Below, piece by piece: positions 1 to 10,279 of a DNA stretch of 64,000 bases. Every line of letters starts with the position of its first letter. Position 1 is the stretch's first letter. The stretch is taken from assembly GCA_022340665.1 (NCBI GenBank), contig JAJDNM010000125.1:28829-92828 (forward strand). The letters are read 5' to 3'. Source of the DNA: Acidobacteriota bacterium. GTDB lineage: Bacteria > Acidobacteriota > Thermoanaerobaculia > Thermoanaerobaculales > Sulfomarinibacteraceae. A program made the position numbers and the translations under genes. The notes under the pieces were generated by a model. It saw only the letters and a list, made by a program, of their open reading frames with translations. It was not told the origin of the DNA and searched no databases.

Positions 1-448
1 ACACTCCATGCAACTGGACCCGCGGAGCGAGCACGTCTTCGAGGAAGTCCGAAATCGTCTCGATGACTTCCGAAGTCTGCACCGGCGAAACCAACAGCGG
101 AACGCTGGCCGCATCTGCCGCCGCCAACACGGTTTCCGGAGGACGAGTTCCCTTGGTCGACACCACGCACGGAATATCGAGTCCCATCAAGCGCTCGAGG
201 CGCAGGGACGCCTCCTGTTCGGAAAAGGTGGCCAAAAAGTTGTATTCCGACTCACCAAGTATCTGTAGCCTGCCGGGCTTGACGGCTTCCAGGTAGCCGG
301 CCAGGGCGAGGTCGGGTTTCTGGATCCTCGGATTTGTGATGCACGACTTCCCAAGGCCCTTGGCTCCGGCAACAACTTCGAGCTTGAGAGGAGCGAGGCG
401 GCGTTCGACGAGCAACCGTTCAACCGGAATCGGTTCCGGTGCTGTCAC
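1..448 (-). CDS. hprK: HPr kinase/phosphorylase, N-terminal part (gene runs off the left edge)
   Basis: Absent from the ORF track because it has no stop in the window. My minus-strand translation from GTG 448..446 reads VTAPEPIPVERLLVERRLAPLKLEVVAGAKGLGKSCITNPRIQKPDLALAGYLEAVKPGRLQILGESEYNFL...PLLVSPVQTSEVIETISDFLEDVLAPRVQLHGV. This is an HprK N-terminal-domain pattern (RIQKP.LAL.G, ...HGV). The GTG overlaps the ptsN stop (GTGA). The position after rpoN-hpf-ptsN is a usual PTS-Ntr neighbourhood. Confidence 0.7.
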   Translation of the reverse strand, partial: MTAPEPIPVERLLVERRLAPLKLEVVAGAKGLGKSCITNPRIQKPDLALAGYLEAVKPGRLQILGESEYNFLATFSEQEASLRLERLMGLDIPCVVSTKGTRPPETVLAAADAASVPLLVSPVQTSEVIETISDFLEDVLAPRVQLHGV

Positions 449-909
449 AATCCCTCCTCCTCCGCGGCCCTGTTGAGAGCGGCGACGGCTTCCTCGGCAT
501 CGACTGCGGTTTGAAGCTCCGTACGCAACTCGCGTCGTTTCAACACGCGAGCGATCTGCGACAGAACCTGAAGGTGGGCTGCGGGTTGATCCGGCGGCGA
601 CAAGACAACGAACAAGAACGAAACCGGGTCCTCGTCTGCTCCGCCGAAGGAGATACCTTCTTTCAACCGTGCGAGCGCGATCTCTATCTGCTGCAGGCCT
701 TGGGTCTTGCAGTGAGGGATTGCAAAGCCGTCGCCAACCGAGGTCGAACCGAGCTCCTCCCGTTCCTTGAGCGCGTCGACCACCTGTTCCGAGTCCAGCC
801 CGAGGGTCGGCGAAAATACGTCAGCCGCTGCTGTCAGGGCAGATCGAACGTCGGACGCATCGAGGTCGAGGTAGACGTGTTCGGGCTTGATGAGCTTGTG
901 GATTTTCAT
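445..909 (-). CDS. ptsN: PTS IIA-like nitrogen regulatory protein (EIIA-Ntr)
   Basis: 154 aa with an EIIA(Fru/Ntr) pattern, GDGFAIPHCKT, carrying the phosphorylatable His. It lies directly downstream of hpf and rpoN. Its ATG overlaps the hpf TAA by 1 nt. Confidence 0.85.
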   Translation of the reverse strand: MKIHKLIKPEHVYLDLDASDVRSALTAAADVFSPTLGLDSEQVVDALKEREELGSTSVGDGFAIPHCKTQGLQQIEIALARLKEGISFGGADEDPVSFLFVVLSPPDQPAAHLQVLSQIARVLKRRELRTELQTAVDAEEAVAALNRAAEEEGL

Positions 910-1457
910 TAGAACTCTGGCGTGATCAACCCCAGGTTTTTGTCCTGTCGACGGTAGATGACGTTGATCCGATCGTTCGAAGAGTTGCGGAACACGAGAA
1001 ATCCGTAGCTCGAATCGTCGAGCTGCAGGACAGCCTCCTCGATCGACATCGGTTTGATCGGAATGCTGCTACGCTCGACGATCTGCGGTTCTCCGCTTGC
1101 GATCGACTTCGGTTCGAGCACATCTACAGTCCATCCCTGGTCGATTTTCGCCTCAGACCCAGCCCTCTTCTTGTGATCCTTCAGTCGGGTTTTGGCACGC
1201 CGAGCCTGGATTTCAAGCTTGTCGACAGCTTCCTGGATGGCGGCGGTCACGTCCTTATTCTGTGCCGTCGACTGGACGACAAAATCCTTGCCCCTCACCG
1301 ATATATCGACGACGTGAAGATGGCGTTCCTGTTCGACTTCGACTCGGACATCCAGGATGTCGTTGAAGTATTTTTTGACCTTGGCTAGCTTTTTTTCGGC
1401 AACTTGCCGCGACTGATCGGTCAACGTGACCTTTCGGGCGATGTACTCGACTTTCAT
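909..1457 (-). CDS. hpf: Ribosome hibernation promoting factor, long form
   Basis: 182 aa. The N-terminal half is sigma-54-modulation/RaiA-like (MKVEYIARKVTLTD...VRVEVEQERHLHVVDISV). The C-terminal dimerisation domain (PQIVERSSIPIKPMSIEEAVLQLDDSSYGFLVFRN) is typical of long HPF. It lies next to rpoN. Confidence 0.9.
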   Translation of the reverse strand: MKVEYIARKVTLTDQSRQVAEKKLAKVKKYFNDILDVRVEVEQERHLHVVDISVRGKDFVVQSTAQNKDVTAAIQEAVDKLEIQARRAKTRLKDHKKRAGSEAKIDQGWTVDVLEPKSIASGEPQIVERSSIPIKPMSIEEAVLQLDDSSYGFLVFRNSSNDRINVIYRRQDKNLGLITPEF

Positions 1458-1467
1458 TCTGTTCTCC

Positions 1468-2982
1468 CTAGAAAACCTTTTTCCGCTTGTCTGACGAGGG
1501 AATCATCATCTCCTCCCGGTACTTCGCAACTGTACGTCGCGCGAGTCGAATTCCCTCCTTCTGCAACATACGCATGATCTTCGAGTCAGACAACGGTCGG
1601 GCCGGATCTTCTGCTTCCACGACTTTTCGAATCCGTTCTTTGACCACCATCGAAGAGACGTTCTCACCGTGCGCCGAATCGACACCCGAATGAAAGAAAT
1701 ATTTCATCGGGAACAGTCCCCGGGGAGTGTACATGTACATGTTGCTGACGACGCGGGAGATGGTCGATTCGTGCATCCCGATGTCTTCCGCGACCTGCCG
1801 CAACACCATCGGACGGAGGTGTTCTATCCCGTTTTCGAGAAATCCCTTCTGGAACGAGACGATGCTCTGCGCGACCTTATAGATCGTCCTCTGCCGCTGA
1901 TCGATGCTTTTCATGAGCCACATGGCCGACCGCATTTTGTCGCGTAGGAATTCGCTCGCCTTCGGATCCAGGTTCTTCCCCTCGAGCATGCGTTGATATC
2001 TGGAATTTATCCGCAGCTTCGGCAGACCATCGTCGTTCAGGGTGATGGTGTAGTCCTCGTCTATCTTGCGCACGTAGACGTCGGGTTCGATGTACTGGTT
2101 GTCGTCCTGGCGGAAGATCCGTCCCGGCTTCATCTCCAGTCCATGTATGACGTCGAGGATCGGCTTGATTTCGCCCACCTCGTCAAGCTCGAGAGCCTCG
2201 GCGAGGGCGTCCCATTTTTGATGCAGCAGCTCTTCCCAGTACGAACCAATAACCACGTGCGCTATCGCAAGCAGTTGTGCGTCCCCATTTTCTCCCGAGT
2301 GCAAGATCAGGTGGTCTACCTGAGCGCTGAGGCACTCCTGAAGACTCGACGCAGCGATCCCCGGGGGGTCGAGGGAGCGCACTACCGTGAGAGCTTCGGT
2401 GACACATGACTGATCGCAGCCGGTGCCCCGGATGATTTCCTCGTCCGTTGCACAAAGAAATCCGTCTTCGTCGAGGTTCCCGATGATGAATTCGCAGACC
2501 TCGACAATTTCAGGTCGCAGGTCGAGCATCTGGAGTTGCCAATGCAGGTGTTCGGCCAACCCACCGGAACTCGAGACCATGTTCTCGAGGCGGTTGTCCT
2601 GTTCGAACGAAGGGATCGCCATGGACGGGCCCTCGAAACGGACGTCACCCAGATAGTCCGAAAAGAATGCCTCGACATCGATGTCTTCGTACGTCTCTTC
2701 CGCGCTCGGCAAGGGACCATCCTCGGTCGCGGTATCGCTGCTCGTAGTCTCGCCCGCCGCATGCTCTTGCTCTTCAGAGCTCACACGATCCTCTGCGCCA
2801 TCACCGGCCGGATCGTCCGTCGCATCGTCGACGTCGAGAACGGGATTTTCGAGGATTTCCTGGGCAAGCGTTTCTTCGAGTTCGAGACGGGACAGCTGGA
2901 GCAATTTGATGGCCTGCTGCAGCGACGGTGTCATCACCAGTCGCTGAGCAAGTTTCAACCTGAGTTTCTGTTCCAGCGCCAT
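1468..2982 (-). CDS. rpoN: RNA polymerase sigma-54 factor
   Basis: 504 aa. Region I reads MALEQKLRLKLAQRLVMTPSLQQAIKLLQLS, followed by an acidic region II. The C-terminal HTH and RpoN box read ESTISRVVSN...ARRTVAKYRE. Confidence 0.95.
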   Translation of the reverse strand: MALEQKLRLKLAQRLVMTPSLQQAIKLLQLSRLELEETLAQEILENPVLDVDDATDDPAGDGAEDRVSSEEQEHAAGETTSSDTATEDGPLPSAEETYEDIDVEAFFSDYLGDVRFEGPSMAIPSFEQDNRLENMVSSSGGLAEHLHWQLQMLDLRPEIVEVCEFIIGNLDEDGFLCATDEEIIRGTGCDQSCVTEALTVVRSLDPPGIAASSLQECLSAQVDHLILHSGENGDAQLLAIAHVVIGSYWEELLHQKWDALAEALELDEVGEIKPILDVIHGLEMKPGRIFRQDDNQYIEPDVYVRKIDEDYTITLNDDGLPKLRINSRYQRMLEGKNLDPKASEFLRDKMRSAMWLMKSIDQRQRTIYKVAQSIVSFQKGFLENGIEHLRPMVLRQVAEDIGMHESTISRVVSNMYMYTPRGLFPMKYFFHSGVDSAHGENVSSMVVKERIRKVVEAEDPARPLSDSKIMRMLQKEGIRLARRTVAKYREEMMIPSSDKRKKVF

Positions 2983-3067
2983 ATCGCGAATTATCCCCTA
3001 ACCGTTCAACGGGAATCCCGCTCCTGTCCGATCTGTAATCCTGCTGCCGATGACCGGCCGGGCGGCC

Positions 3068-3739
3068 TCAGAGGGTGAAGTCTTCGCCGAGGTAAATTCG
3101 ACGGACATCCTTGTTTTCCGACAGATCGACGGGGTTTCCCGTAGCAAAAATCTTGCCGTCCTTGATTATATAGGCGCGATCGGTGATCTTCAATGTTTCC
3201 CGCACGTTGTGATCCGTGATTAAAACGCCTATTCCCAGAGACTTAAGGCGACGAATTATTCGTTGCAGGTCGAGAACGGCAAGCGGGTCGATCCCCGCGA
3301 ACGGTTCGTCGAGAAGAATGAAGGTCGGCTCGGTCGACAACGCCCTGGCAACCTCGAGACGCCGCCTCTCGCCGCCGGACAGGGTGGCTGCCTTTTGCGT
3401 CCTATGTTCTGTCAGCCCGAACTCTTCGAGAAGCCGATCGATTCGATCGTTGGCGACGCGGGTTTCCACGCCCAGGGACTCGAGAATGAGCCAGATGTTG
3501 TCTTCTACGGATAGGCGCTTGAATGAGCTGGGTTCCTGTGCCAGATAGGAAACACCCATCCGTGCGCGGCGGTACATCGGCTCCAATGTGATGTCCTGGT
3601 CGCCCAGGATGACGCGCCCTTCGTCAGGCTCGACCAGTCCCACCATCATGTAAAAAGTAGTGGTCTTGCCGGCTCCGTTCGGGCCGAGAAGACCGACGAT
3701 TTCGCCGGGCGAAATCCCGAGTGAGATCCCGTCGACCAC
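3068..3739 (-). CDS. lptB: LPS export ABC transporter ATP-binding protein
   Basis: Walker [12 protein letters not shown], signature [15 protein letters not shown], Walker [13 protein letters not shown]. The frame stays open upstream ([21 protein letters not shown] precedes the GTG at 3739) and aligns with the E. coli LptB N-terminus. The true start is therefore probably a non-ATG/GTG/TTG codon near 3790..3802. Confidence 0.9.
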   Translation of the reverse strand: MVDGISLGISPGEIVGLLGPNGAGKTTTFYMMVGLVEPDEGRVILGDQDITLEPMYRRARMGVSYLAQEPSSFKRLSVEDNIWLILESLGVETRVANDRIDRLLEEFGLTEHRTQKAATLSGGERRRLEVARALSTEPTFILLDEPFAGIDPLAVLDLQRIIRRLKSLGIGVLITDHNVRETLKITDRAYIIKDGKIFATGNPVDLSENKDVRRIYLGEDFTL

Positions 3740-3798
3740 CCAACGCCCCCGATAGGCCTTGCGCAGGCCCTTGGTGACCAGGTCTATGGCTTTCGGGC

Positions 3799-5745
3799 TC
3801 AGGGCTTCTCCTCCGGGTAGTAAATGGTCTCGGTTCCTCCGGCGACCGAGACCGTACCATCGGCCTGATTCCAGGTCAACGAGGAGCCGGAGACCACGTT
3901 ACCCGAAGGGTCGGTGAGCCGCACGGGATTTCCAGTGACGATCACCGACTGCTCCCCTACCTCCCGTCGTGCCTCCTGGCCGGTCATCCGACGACCTGTG
4001 GCCAGCTCGACGAGTTCAACGGCGCCAACCGCCTCGACGGCGGTGACCTCGCCGTCTTCATCGAAGAAGACCGACAGCTTGGCGGCTGACAGTGTGTGCT
4101 TCGGGTCGCTGTAATGAACGTTGCCCTGGTAGACCGCCGCTCCGCTCGCCTGTTCGTAATCGAGTGATCGTGCGACCACCACCACATCCTCCTCGGGGCT
4201 GCCCTCTATCTGGAGCTGCGAAGCAGGCATTGTCGTTCGCACGTGTCCGGCCGCCCGGACCGAAGTCGGATCGTTACGATAGAGCACATCATCAGCAACC
4301 AACAGGCGATGGCCCTGCCAAAGGCGGCTGTTCTCCCGCAAGTGATAGACCGCGCCCTCTTCTCGTATCTCGAGGATCTCTGACGCGAAGTGGGTCGGCC
4401 CTCCGTCGCCGCCGTCCTCGTCCATCAGTGTGACGCCGAAAATCGAGCCCTGAACGTTACCCCTCGCCTCCGCGCGCCCGTCGCGATTGAAAATCTGAGC
4501 CTGGTCACAACTCATCCGCCCACGTTCGCTGGACAACAGGACCCTTTCCGGCCCGGTCGGATCTCCATGCAGAAGGGTCAGTCCTGCCTGTGGTGAGAGG
4601 CGGGCACGGTAGCCTCGCCCTTCGAGTTCGCCGGAATGAAGCACGACGTCACGTAGAAGCTCCACGTCGGTCGCCTGACCGCCAGAGAACCACACCCGTC
4701 CCTCCGTTGCTTCCCCTATTCGCGGTGGGCCTTCTTCCGGGATCTCTCGAATGCAGACGCCATGCTCGGCTCGTAGGTTGAGGATTCCTTCGTCGGCAAG
4801 GATCGCGCGTAGGGTCCAGGTTCGGATAGTCCGTTCAAGATAGCCTTCACCGCCGCTGAAACGGACAGTGACCCACGGCCCGGTCGTGGTTGCGTCGATC
4901 TGCCAACGCCCGCTCGAATCCCGAATCGCAACTGCTCGTTCCATCCATGCTTCGACCGCTCCACCACTCGCAAGATTCGAAATGAACGCCTCGACACCTC
5001 CACTCAGATTGATTGCCCGTGGTGGTCCGTCGCCTTCTTCGAGGACAACCTCCATGTGGGGTGCGGTGACTTCAGCGTTTTGGAGCGACACTACACCACC
5101 ATTTCGCAGGAGTATCGTATGCGTCGGTCTCCGGTAGACAGCTGACGGGGCGGTGATAGTGGTTCCATCTTCGGCCGAGAAGGCCACGCCGTCGGATAGA
5201 TTGATCTCGTCCTTCTCGAGATCAAAGGCCGCGTTGTTTGCGCGTCCAAAGCTGGCACCGGAATAAAAAAATACCTCGGAGTTTGCGGTGAACTTTCTCG
5301 AACTGGCCTCGAAACGGCCCGCATCGGTCGTCAGCACCGCTCCGCTCGGCAGATCTATTCGAATACCGCCCTCGAGTCGGGCGTCGCGGGTTTCGGGGTT
5401 GAAGCTCGCCCCATCACAGGTCAGGATCGGCCCCGGTTCTCCATCACGAAAAAACTGGAGCCGCACTCCCTCGATCTCATGCCACCCCGAGGAAAGACCT
5501 AGTGTGCGCTTCGACATGAGCTCGAAGATCAACTTGCCGGCAACTCTTTCGACGTAATCGAATCCCGTATACACTCCGATAGCGCGGTCACCTCTACCGC
5601 TGGTAACGTCTCCACTGTCGACCTGGGTGAGGGGCGTCCTGAAACTTTGAAATCGTTGCGCAACGATAAACGCCATCGCCACAATCAACACGACAATGGC
5701 TGTCGCGGTCAGTCTCCGTACCCAGATTCGCGTCTTGACTCCCAT
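3799..5745 (-). CDS. Membrane-anchored LptC/LptA (OstA-like) multi-domain protein
   Basis: I place the start at ATG 5745, which has GAGGGTG upstream, giving [29 protein letters not shown] as a single N-terminal TM anchor. About 600 aa of beta-rich sequence follow. The C-terminus has an LptA/OstA pattern ([13 protein letters not shown]...[35 protein letters not shown]). It lies immediately upstream of lptB. Confidence 0.65.
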   Translation of the reverse strand: MGVKTRIWVRRLTATAIVVLIVAMAFIVAQRFQSFRTPLTQVDSGDVTSGRGDRAIGVYTGFDYVERVAGKLIFELMSKRTLGLSSGWHEIEGVRLQFFRDGEPGPILTCDGASFNPETRDARLEGGIRIDLPSGAVLTTDAGRFEASSRKFTANSEVFFYSGASFGRANNAAFDLEKDEINLSDGVAFSAEDGTTITAPSAVYRRPTHTILLRNGGVVSLQNAEVTAPHMEVVLEEGDGPPRAINLSGGVEAFISNLASGGAVEAWMERAVAIRDSSGRWQIDATTTGPWVTVRFSGGEGYLERTIRTWTLRAILADEGILNLRAEHGVCIREIPEEGPPRIGEATEGRVWFSGGQATDVELLRDVVLHSGELEGRGYRARLSPQAGLTLLHGDPTGPERVLLSSERGRMSCDQAQIFNRDGRAEARGNVQGSIFGVTLMDEDGGDGGPTHFASEILEIREEGAVYHLRENSRLWQGHRLLVADDVLYRNDPTSVRAAGHVRTTMPASQLQIEGSPEEDVVVVARSLDYEQASGAAVYQGNVHYSDPKHTLSAAKLSVFFDEDGEVTAVEAVGAVELVELATGRRMTGQEARREVGEQSVIVTGNPVRLTDPSGNVVSGSSLTWNQADGTVSVAGGTETIYYPEEKP

Positions 5746-5880
5746 CGCCGCACCCTCACTCAGGCAGGCGATGTGGCATACATACCAGCCCATATTCCCG
5801 TTGGAAGCAGCCCACCTGGTTCTCCCCGCACCAGCCTACACTGCGTGCCGTTTGGTCGCGATATTCCATGGGTTTTTTGC

Positions 5881-6837
5881 TTAGCGGTCGGAATAAACAC
5901 CCATCGATCGAAACTTCCTGTAGCGCTTCGCAACCAGGGTGTCGGGTTTGACCTTTCGCAGGGCCTTGAGGTGTCGTCGGATTGCGGACGCTATTGAATC
6001 GGCCATCAGACCCGGGTCCATATGCGCCCCACCAGGTGGTTCTGGGATGATCTCGTCGATAACCCCCAGCTGCTTGAGGTCTTGCGCGGTCAATCGGAGC
6101 GCCTTCGCCGCATCCTCCGCGCGCGCCTGGTCCTTCCACAAAATCGCGGCGCACCCTTCAGGCGATATGACCGAGTAGATGGCATGTTCCAGCATCAATA
6201 CTCGATCGCCAATCCCGAGGGCGAGCGCACCGCCGGATCCGCCCTCCCCAGTGACCACGATGATGATCGGCACAGGCAGTGCTGCCATCTCGACCAGGTT
6301 GTTGGCAATCGCCTCTGCCTGGCCACGCTGTTCCGCGTCGATCCCCGGATACGCGCCCGGCGTGTCGACGAACGAGATGATGGGTCGCCGAAAGTGCGCG
6401 CCGAGTTTCATGATGCGCAGCGCCTTTCTGTATCCCTCGGGGCGGGGCATGCCGAAGTTTCGCCGCAGCTTCTCTGCGGTATCCCGGCCCTTTTGGTGAC
6501 CGACCACCACCACCGGATCTCCGTCAAACCGCGCCAACCCGGCGACGATTGCTGGGTCGTCGGCGAACCTGCGGTCACCATGAAGCTCGGTGAAATCGGT
6601 GAAGATGCTGTGGATATAGGCCATGGTGTACGGCCTGTCCGGGTGTCTTGCAAGCTGGCACTGCTGCCACGGAGTGATGTTCGCAAAGATCGAGTCGATG
6701 GCTGCTTCAAGCTCGCGTTTTGCCTTGGTCAGGTCCTCTTCGGTACCAGTGCCCGACGTACCCGTTCTCTCGAGCTGGTTGATACGAGCGCGAATCTCTT
6801 CAATTGGGTCAAGAAAGCCGGGGGTAGGAGTCGCCAT
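5881..6837 (-). CDS. accA: Acetyl-CoA carboxylase carboxyltransferase subunit alpha
   Basis: 318 aa with typical AccA blocks: ARHPDRPYT, GHQKGRDTAEKLRRNFGMPRPEGYRKALR, TPGAYPGIDAEQRGQAEAIA. Confidence 0.95.
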   Translation of the reverse strand: MATPTPGFLDPIEEIRARINQLERTGTSGTGTEEDLTKAKRELEAAIDSIFANITPWQQCQLARHPDRPYTMAYIHSIFTDFTELHGDRRFADDPAIVAGLARFDGDPVVVVGHQKGRDTAEKLRRNFGMPRPEGYRKALRIMKLGAHFRRPIISFVDTPGAYPGIDAEQRGQAEAIANNLVEMAALPVPIIIVVTGEGGSGGALALGIGDRVLMLEHAIYSVISPEGCAAILWKDQARAEDAAKALRLTAQDLKQLGVIDEIIPEPPGGAHMDPGLMADSIASAIRRHLKALRKVKPDTLVAKRYRKFRSMGVYSDR

Positions 6838-6917
6838 TAGGGGACTCTAACAGAAGCCACTCGATGACGTCAAAAATGCCTCATCTTCGGCCATAGCGAG
6901 GCGGTCAACTCGTTGAT

Positions 6918-8621
6918 TCAAGGACGCTTCTCTTCGTTCTCGAGACGAGCCACTCGCACCAGAGACGGTAGATAATCGGGTGGAGCTTCGAATCCGAGGA
7001 GCTGGAGAATCGTGCCGGCGACGTTGCCGAGCCCGGGTACTTCGACATCGTCATTTGTCCGGAAGCGGTTGGCATCCCTTCCAGTCAGGATCCAGGGAAC
7101 AGGCGAGAGGGTGTGGCTCGTCTTGATCACCGGGTTGCCGTTCTCATCGATCTTTGTAGCGCCGGTTTTCCTGTCGACCTCCCACATCATGTCGAGGTTG
7201 CCATGATCGGCGGTTACGATCACGGCGGCTCTCGCCTCAAAAGCCGCGGTCTCGATTTTCCCGACGCATTCGTCGACGATCTCCATAGCCCGAATGGAGG
7301 CCTCGAGAGAGCCAGTATGGCCCACCATGTCACCGTTTGCGAAGTTGACCCGGATAAAGCGGTGGCCACGGTGCGCAAGGTCTTCGATCACGACCTCGCA
7401 CACTTCGCGTGCCTTCATTTCCGGCTTGGTGTCGAATGGCACGGTGTCGGAAGGCACCTCCACCCAGTCCTCGAGCTGCTCGTCGAATGCTTCGGAATTG
7501 TTGCCGTTCCAGAAATAGGTCACATGGCCGAACTTCTGGGTTTCCGCGACCGCAAGCTGGTTGACTCCGTTGTGAACCAGGTACTCCGACACGGTGCGTG
7601 AGATGGCGGGAGGACTGACCAGATATAGCGGGGGTATCTGCAGGTCGCCGTCGTACTCCATCATCCCCGCGTACAGGGTCCGAGGCATTTCTACCCTGTC
7701 GAACTCGCTGAAATCCGTTTCGGTGAACGCACGCGAGATCTCGATGGCTCGATCACCGCGGAAGTTGAAGAACACCACCGAGTCTCCGTCGATGATTCGA
7801 CCGACCGGCTCCGCCTCTTCGTCGACGATCACGAACGGTGGGAGGTCCTGGTCTATGACACCAGGGTTTTCTTCTCGCAGCACCTCGACCGCCTCGGCGG
7901 CCGTGGAGAAGCCTCTCCCCTCTCCTATGACGTGGGTCATCCAGCCGCGACGAACCATGTCCCAATCGGCCTCATAACGATCCATGGTGATCTGCATGCG
8001 GCCACCGCCCGACGCGATTCGCGCGTCGATGGATGAGTTCGAGATCTCGGCGAGGACCGATTCGATTCGAGCGAGATATTCGTGAAAAGACCGCGGATCG
8101 ACGTCGCGCCCGTCGGCCAGCGCATGAAGGCGGATAGTACTGACCTCCTCTGCCGCGAGACGTCGAACAAGCGCCTCCACGTGATCGATATGGCTGTGGA
8201 CGTTGCCGTCCGAGAGCAATCCGATGAGGTGGAACGTGCCACCACCCGTCTTGACGCCGCTCACGATTCGCCGCCACGTTTCTCCCTCGAAAACCGATCC
8301 GTTGGCGATCGCCCGGCTCACCAGCTTGGCGCCCTGCTCGAAGACTCTTCCCGCGCCCATGGCGTTGTGGCCGACCTCCGAGTTCCCCATGTCACTGTCG
8401 CTCGGCAGGCCCACAGCCGTCCCGTGCGCCTTGAGATTCAGCGAAACCGGAGCGTCCGCCAGCAGGCGGTCGAGAGTCGGCGTCGCGGCAAGGTCGAATG
8501 CGTTTCCCTCGTAACCTTCCGCTCGGCCGCGGTAGAGGCCGACCCCATCGAGAATCACGAGGACGAGTTGGCCAGGCACACCGTCATATCCTCGTGTCTT
8601 TTCGAGCTTGAAATCGGTCAT
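6918..8621 (-). CDS. gpmI: 2,3-bisphosphoglycerate-independent phosphoglycerate mutase
   Basis: 567 aa. Blocks VLVILDGVG, MGNSEVGHNAMGAGR, SDGNVHSH, ADGRDV and TADHGN are typical of iPGM (alkaline-phosphatase superfamily). Confidence 0.9.
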   Translation of the reverse strand: MTDFKLEKTRGYDGVPGQLVLVILDGVGLYRGRAEGYEGNAFDLAATPTLDRLLADAPVSLNLKAHGTAVGLPSDSDMGNSEVGHNAMGAGRVFEQGAKLVSRAIANGSVFEGETWRRIVSGVKTGGGTFHLIGLLSDGNVHSHIDHVEALVRRLAAEEVSTIRLHALADGRDVDPRSFHEYLARIESVLAEISNSSIDARIASGGGRMQITMDRYEADWDMVRRGWMTHVIGEGRGFSTAAEAVEVLREENPGVIDQDLPPFVIVDEEAEPVGRIIDGDSVVFFNFRGDRAIEISRAFTETDFSEFDRVEMPRTLYAGMMEYDGDLQIPPLYLVSPPAISRTVSEYLVHNGVNQLAVAETQKFGHVTYFWNGNNSEAFDEQLEDWVEVPSDTVPFDTKPEMKAREVCEVVIEDLAHRGHRFIRVNFANGDMVGHTGSLEASIRAMEIVDECVGKIETAAFEARAAVIVTADHGNLDMMWEVDRKTGATKIDENGNPVIKTSHTLSPVPWILTGRDANRFRTNDDVEVPGLGNVAGTILQLLGFEAPPDYLPSLVRVARLENEEKRP

Positions 8622-8705
8622 CAGCCACCTCTCGGATCCGTCAACCTCGGATCCTTGCAGTGCATTCCGGAATGCCTTGGTATCAAGGTCCCGAGATCGA
8701 CGATC

Positions 8706-9521
8706 TCAAGTGGGCTTTGCGGGCGTGCTGCGCCGAGGACGGAGGAGCACGACGCTGATGTTGTCGTTACCACCTCTTTCGTTGGCCTCGACGATCAAAC
8801 GATCGCAAATGTCCTCGAGGCCGCCGCCCATTTCCAGCACCGCCGCGATCTCGTCATCGGTCAGCATGGAGTTGAGCCCATCGGAGCACAGAAGGTAGAG
8901 ATCTTCCTCCTGAACCTCATCTTCAAACACATCGACACGGGGCTCCGAGGTTCCCCCGAGGGCTTGAGTGACCACGTTCTTCAACGGATGGGTACGGGCG
9001 GCCTCTTCGGTGAGGAACCCCGCCTCGACCTGTTCATGGACCCAGGAATGATCGCTGGTCAGGAGAGCCAGACAGCCTCTGCGGAAACGGTACGCTCGGC
9101 TGTCGCCGACATGGCAGATCACCAGATTGGAGTCACCTGCGTGGTGAACGGCCACGACCACCGTTGTACCCATCCCCTTGAGATCTGCATCATTGTTCAT
9201 CGCGACAGTCACGCAATGATGGCCGGAAACGATGGCATCGACGATGAGATTCGCCGTGGCGCTGAGGTCGTTGTTCCAATGTTCCGGCCATGCATCGACG
9301 GGGTCCTCTTGAGGACCGCTTTTGAACGCTCTGACGATTTCCTCGGTTGCGACACGTGAGGCGACCTCTCCGGCCGCGTGCCCGCCCATTCCGTCCGCTA
9401 CCAGGTACACGCCGGCCTCGTGATCGAGGTAAAAGACATCCTCGTTGAGGCGGCGTTTCATGCCGACGTCCGTGGCACCAAACGCTTCGAGCTCGAACCG
9501 GTTCGTCGTGTTGAGGGCCAA
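8706..9521 (-). CDS. PP2C-family Ser/Thr protein phosphatase
   Basis: 271 aa with PP2C motifs: TDVGMKRRLNEDVF, VADGMGGHAAGEVAS, LLCSDGL, GGNDNISVVL. Confidence 0.9.
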   Translation of the reverse strand: MALNTTNRFELEAFGATDVGMKRRLNEDVFYLDHEAGVYLVADGMGGHAAGEVASRVATEEIVRAFKSGPQEDPVDAWPEHWNNDLSATANLIVDAIVSGHHCVTVAMNNDADLKGMGTTVVVAVHHAGDSNLVICHVGDSRAYRFRRGCLALLTSDHSWVHEQVEAGFLTEEAARTHPLKNVVTQALGGTSEPRVDVFEDEVQEEDLYLLCSDGLNSMLTDDEIAAVLEMGGGLEDICDRLIVEANERGGNDNISVVLLRPRRSTPAKPT

Positions 9522-9525
9522 ACTG

Positions 9526-10206
9526 TCAGCTCTTTCCCCGCAAGCGACTCAAGAGACTTCCACCCGTGTCCGCCTCGTCGCCTTCGGCTCGGCTGATGAC
9601 ATTTGTTGCCGCAGAGTTGGTGGGATCCAGCGCGAGCGCTTGGTTCGCGTAGCGCACGGCACGGCTCTTCATCCCCGCAGAGAGGGCGAGAACCGCCGCT
9701 TCCGCGATAATTGTCGCATTGCCGCTTTCGAGACTCATCGCTTTCTCGGCGTGCCGCAGAGCGTCGCGTTCTTTCCCGGTTACCTTTGCCAGTGCCTTGC
9801 CGAAAAAATAGTGTGCGCGAGCATTGTTGTCGTCGTGGTCGATGGCCATTTTGAGGTTATCGAGCGCAGCGGCGATCTTCCCCTCACGCAGCTCTTGGGA
9901 TCCCTTGGCGGCGAGGCGGCGTGAAATTTCCGACGCGTCCATCTGAGTGGAATCACCGCCCTTGGAGATAGTCTTGTCGTACTCCTCGCGACGCGTCGGG
10001 TCCCTGAGAACGTTAAAGGCCTCTGTAATCGTCTGGAATCGTTCTTCCGCCGAACCACGCTCGTCGCCGGAGAATCGATCCGGATGGTGCTTCAGGGCCA
10101 ACCTCCTGAACGCCTGGCGGATATCCTGGTCGGACGCATCACGTTCGACACCCAACGTGTCGTACATCGTCGTCTGGTTACGCATCCTGGATGACTCCCT
10201 CACCAC
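9526..10206 (-). CDS. J-domain protein with C-terminal TPR-like repeats
   Basis: J domain MYDTLGVERDASDQDIRQAFRRLALKHHPDRF with the HPD tripeptide, then TPR-like helices (ARAHYFFGKAL...AVRYANQALALDP). The start may be an internal ATG at 10185 or 10167. Confidence 0.8.
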   Translation of the reverse strand: MVRESSRMRNQTTMYDTLGVERDASDQDIRQAFRRLALKHHPDRFSGDERGSAEERFQTITEAFNVLRDPTRREEYDKTISKGGDSTQMDASEISRRLAAKGSQELREGKIAAALDNLKMAIDHDDNNARAHYFFGKALAKVTGKERDALRHAEKAMSLESGNATIIAEAAVLALSAGMKSRAVRYANQALALDPTNSAATNVISRAEGDEADTGGSLLSRLRGKS

Positions 10207-10279
10207 CAGCTTAAACTACCACGGTCAAAAAACCTTGGCAACGAAAGTGAATCGGTCCTGGATCGGAGTCAAACGCCCG

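Noticed and set aside
8082-9359. 425-aa plus-strand ORF
   Set aside because: It is antisense to gpmI and the PP2C phosphatase, both of which carry unambiguous motifs. The composition is shadow-like.
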